From Massalongia carnosa (Eukaryota): a stretch of 64,000 nt of DNA. Shown piece by piece: positions 61,573 to 64,000 of the stretch. The number at the start of each line of letters is the position of its first letter. Position 1 is the first letter of the stretch. The notes beneath the pieces were generated by a model, which saw nothing but the letters and a program-made list of their open reading frames with translations, was not told the DNA's origin and made no database searches. Made by a program: the position numbers and the translations under genes. The stretch lies in NCBI GenBank assembly GCA_965645245.1, contig OZ287079.1, positions 1 through 64,000 of the forward strand, read 5' to 3'.

Positions 61573-64000
61573 TGTCAGGGTCCTAGCCTGACATAAGGCT
61601 GAGATGGAAGGGGGGATCACGGGAGCACGCGAGGCTAGCGCGACACTCGGTACAGATATTTCTAGCGAGTCGCGCACAATGATTCTTTTCTTCTTTTGTA
61701 GATAAATTTTAGTTTAATAGCGGTTGATTAGAATCGACGACACCTTCCTTACACAATTTATCTACCTATTAGTATTCTTTCTTCCAGAACTTCCAGTAGG
61801 GACGAGGTCCCGTTCCAGCAACTTTCTTCCAGATAGGGTGAAAATCCGTTCCAGTAACTTTCCAGACTGATCGTTTGTGCGAATCCAAACCGATCCAAAT
61901 TCCAGAACTTCCAGAACTTTTAGAATCAGGGAATCAAGCTTTCCCATTTTCAGAATCCAGTCATGAGCTCAAAAACGCCCATGACGGCGAGAAAGGCCGT
62001 AGCCCCTCCCGCAGAGGCCAGACCGGCCTAGCATTTAACACCCGCGCTCGTTCCGTCTCCCGCCATTCGTCTCGCTCGGATAGCAGCATGCCGGGAACGT
62101 TTGAAGACTCCGAATTACCTCAGAACGAACAGATTAAAGAAACAACGTAGGGGACGTGGGAAAAAACCCCAAGAGCAGGACGTGAAAAAGAAAGGAGTTT
62201 TTTCAGAAGATCGATGTCTCCGATCATCCATATTACGAGAAGGATGCCGCGGAACATCCGTCCCACGTTGCAGCACACAATTTGAAGGAATTGCAGAGCA
62301 TTTTGCGAGACGAGACAGAAGGACCCCGATGGTATGACTTCCTCGCGAGAGCGCTCGAATACGACTAGACCCTATTCAACAAATACATCTCCTTGCAGGG
62401 CGACCTGGAGAAGCTTGGCGAGGCCAAAAAGATCAACAGACGTTACAAACAAGTACATGAACGTCTCATCACGGAAAAAGACGATGCCGAACGAGAGGCC
62501 CTTCTCGCGCAAGAAGAACTATCGCATAGAGATATCGAATTGGAGGCAATGACTATAGCAAAAGAGAGATTACAGAAAGACATAGACTCCCTGGTCCGCC
62601 AGTTAGCGGAAACACGGGAAACACCACGTCAACAACGAGAAGATACCGTTGCTACCCGAAGCACCAACGCCAACCCCCAGAATTGGCGACCCCGTGGTAT
62701 AAACCATAGCAAGCCACTTAAAGGTGAGGACTCGGAGGAGTATAGCCCTTGGGCGTACTCCGTCCGCAATAAACTGAAGACAGACGCACCCCTCTACGCC
62801 GATGAGAACGAAAAGGTCGGTTACGCGCTGTCTCAAATGGAAGCGCCGATCTTCGGGGCTATGCACTCTTGGATAGTGGATATGGGAGACTCACTATCGG
62901 CCGACGCTTTATTCGAAGAGATATAGCACTATATGGGCATTCACCTCCAGAGCCGCGACGCCAAGAAAGAACTCCTCACCGTCACCATGAAAGGGGGCGA
63001 AAGCGTCAGCGAGTAATATCACCGAATCTTCAAGCTATGGCAGAAAGCTAAAACTCCCGTTGACGAGCGAATTGAGAAGTTCCTCGTGACGTTAAAGCCT
63101 AGCATCTCCAACTCTCTTATGGGTTCAGTCTTTACTGATTTTCGCCCTTTACTTGACGAAGCACGAAGAATCGAAGACCGCCGCAAAGATGTGGCGCACC
63201 ACTTTCCTCGTCCCGATAAACCAGCCGCAACGAAGAATTCCAGCCAACGAAGCAACTTCTCCGGCGGACAATCCTCAACCCAGTCCTCCAGCGGAAAGTC
63301 CGCCTCATCCTCCATCAATCAAACCAGCTCCAAGAAATCTGATGATCGGCCAAATGCGAAGCTGATGCCAACGATAGTCAAACCGGCCGGTTGGGTAGGC
63401 ACCTGGTAAGATCCAGACCCAAACCCAAAGAAGCTGAAGGACGACGAGCGCGAGTCCCTCTCCCGTCAACGCCGATGCTGGGCATGCAGGGGATCAGGAC
63501 ATCGAGGGAACGATACTATTTGTCCTCAATACAGGGACAAGAACTTGAGCACCATGAGGACAACAGAAACAGATTCGGGAGCGGAATCTGAGGCGGGAAA
63601 AGCCTAGTCCTTGATCTAAATCGCGATCAAGGGCTTACAAACAAGGAGGTTGTTAATGGGAACGGTGACACTGAAACGAAAATGGTTAGGGTCTCTACTT
63701 GTGCTGTCCGCGATACTGAAAAGAAAATCGAGGGCAAGCATTTAGTTTTTAAAACTAGCATAGCTGGAATTAAAACCCGTTTACTTATCGATAATGGAAG
63801 TGAAGCTGAACTCATTGACGAATCCTTTGTGCGTAAACACAAATTGAACACCTTCAAATTGGATAAGAAGGTGAAACTTACTTTGGGAAATGGAGAGGTA
63901 GTGCAGCTCCTCTCGAAGGCCGCCTTGATCGACGTGAAAATCGGAGATCACGAAGAGCAAGTCTTATGTTATTTGGCAAAACTAGAAGCGTATGCAGTCA
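61573..64000 (+). mobile_element. Ty3/gypsy element no. 3, degenerate, running off the window
   Basis: Candidate LTR TGTCAGG...CCTTACA 61573-61753; gag fragments with stops and a CWACRGSGH knuckle; protease LLIDNGSE near 63780. Confidence 0.75.

Overview
Positions 1-1000 are bacterial DNA (exbD/tolR and rmuC, Acidobacteria-like by inference). They abut a (CCCTAA)n telomere, most likely through a chimeric or concatenated join. From 1001 onward the window is the left subtelomere of a filamentous ascomycete chromosome. It holds a decayed secondary-metabolite pair (ABCB/MDR transporter and HR-PKS pseudogenes) and a dense nest of transposons: a hAT remnant, an AcademH-like element (transposase plus RecQ-like helicase, 90-bp TIRs), three Ty3/gypsy elements, two Ty1/copia elements, three Tc1/mariner copies, a pogo/Fot1 element, a tyrosine-recombinase retroelement remnant, several solo LTRs and a SINE-like insert with structured 59-bp repeats. 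The most interesting feature is a head-to-head immune gene pair at 44.1-48.6 kb. An apparently intact NB-ARC/TPR NLR has a short intron-split N-terminus that shares a candidate amyloid signalling motif with the C-terminus of the adjacent SesB-like alpha/beta-hydrolase, which itself is disrupted. All calls come from manual reading; no database searches were run.
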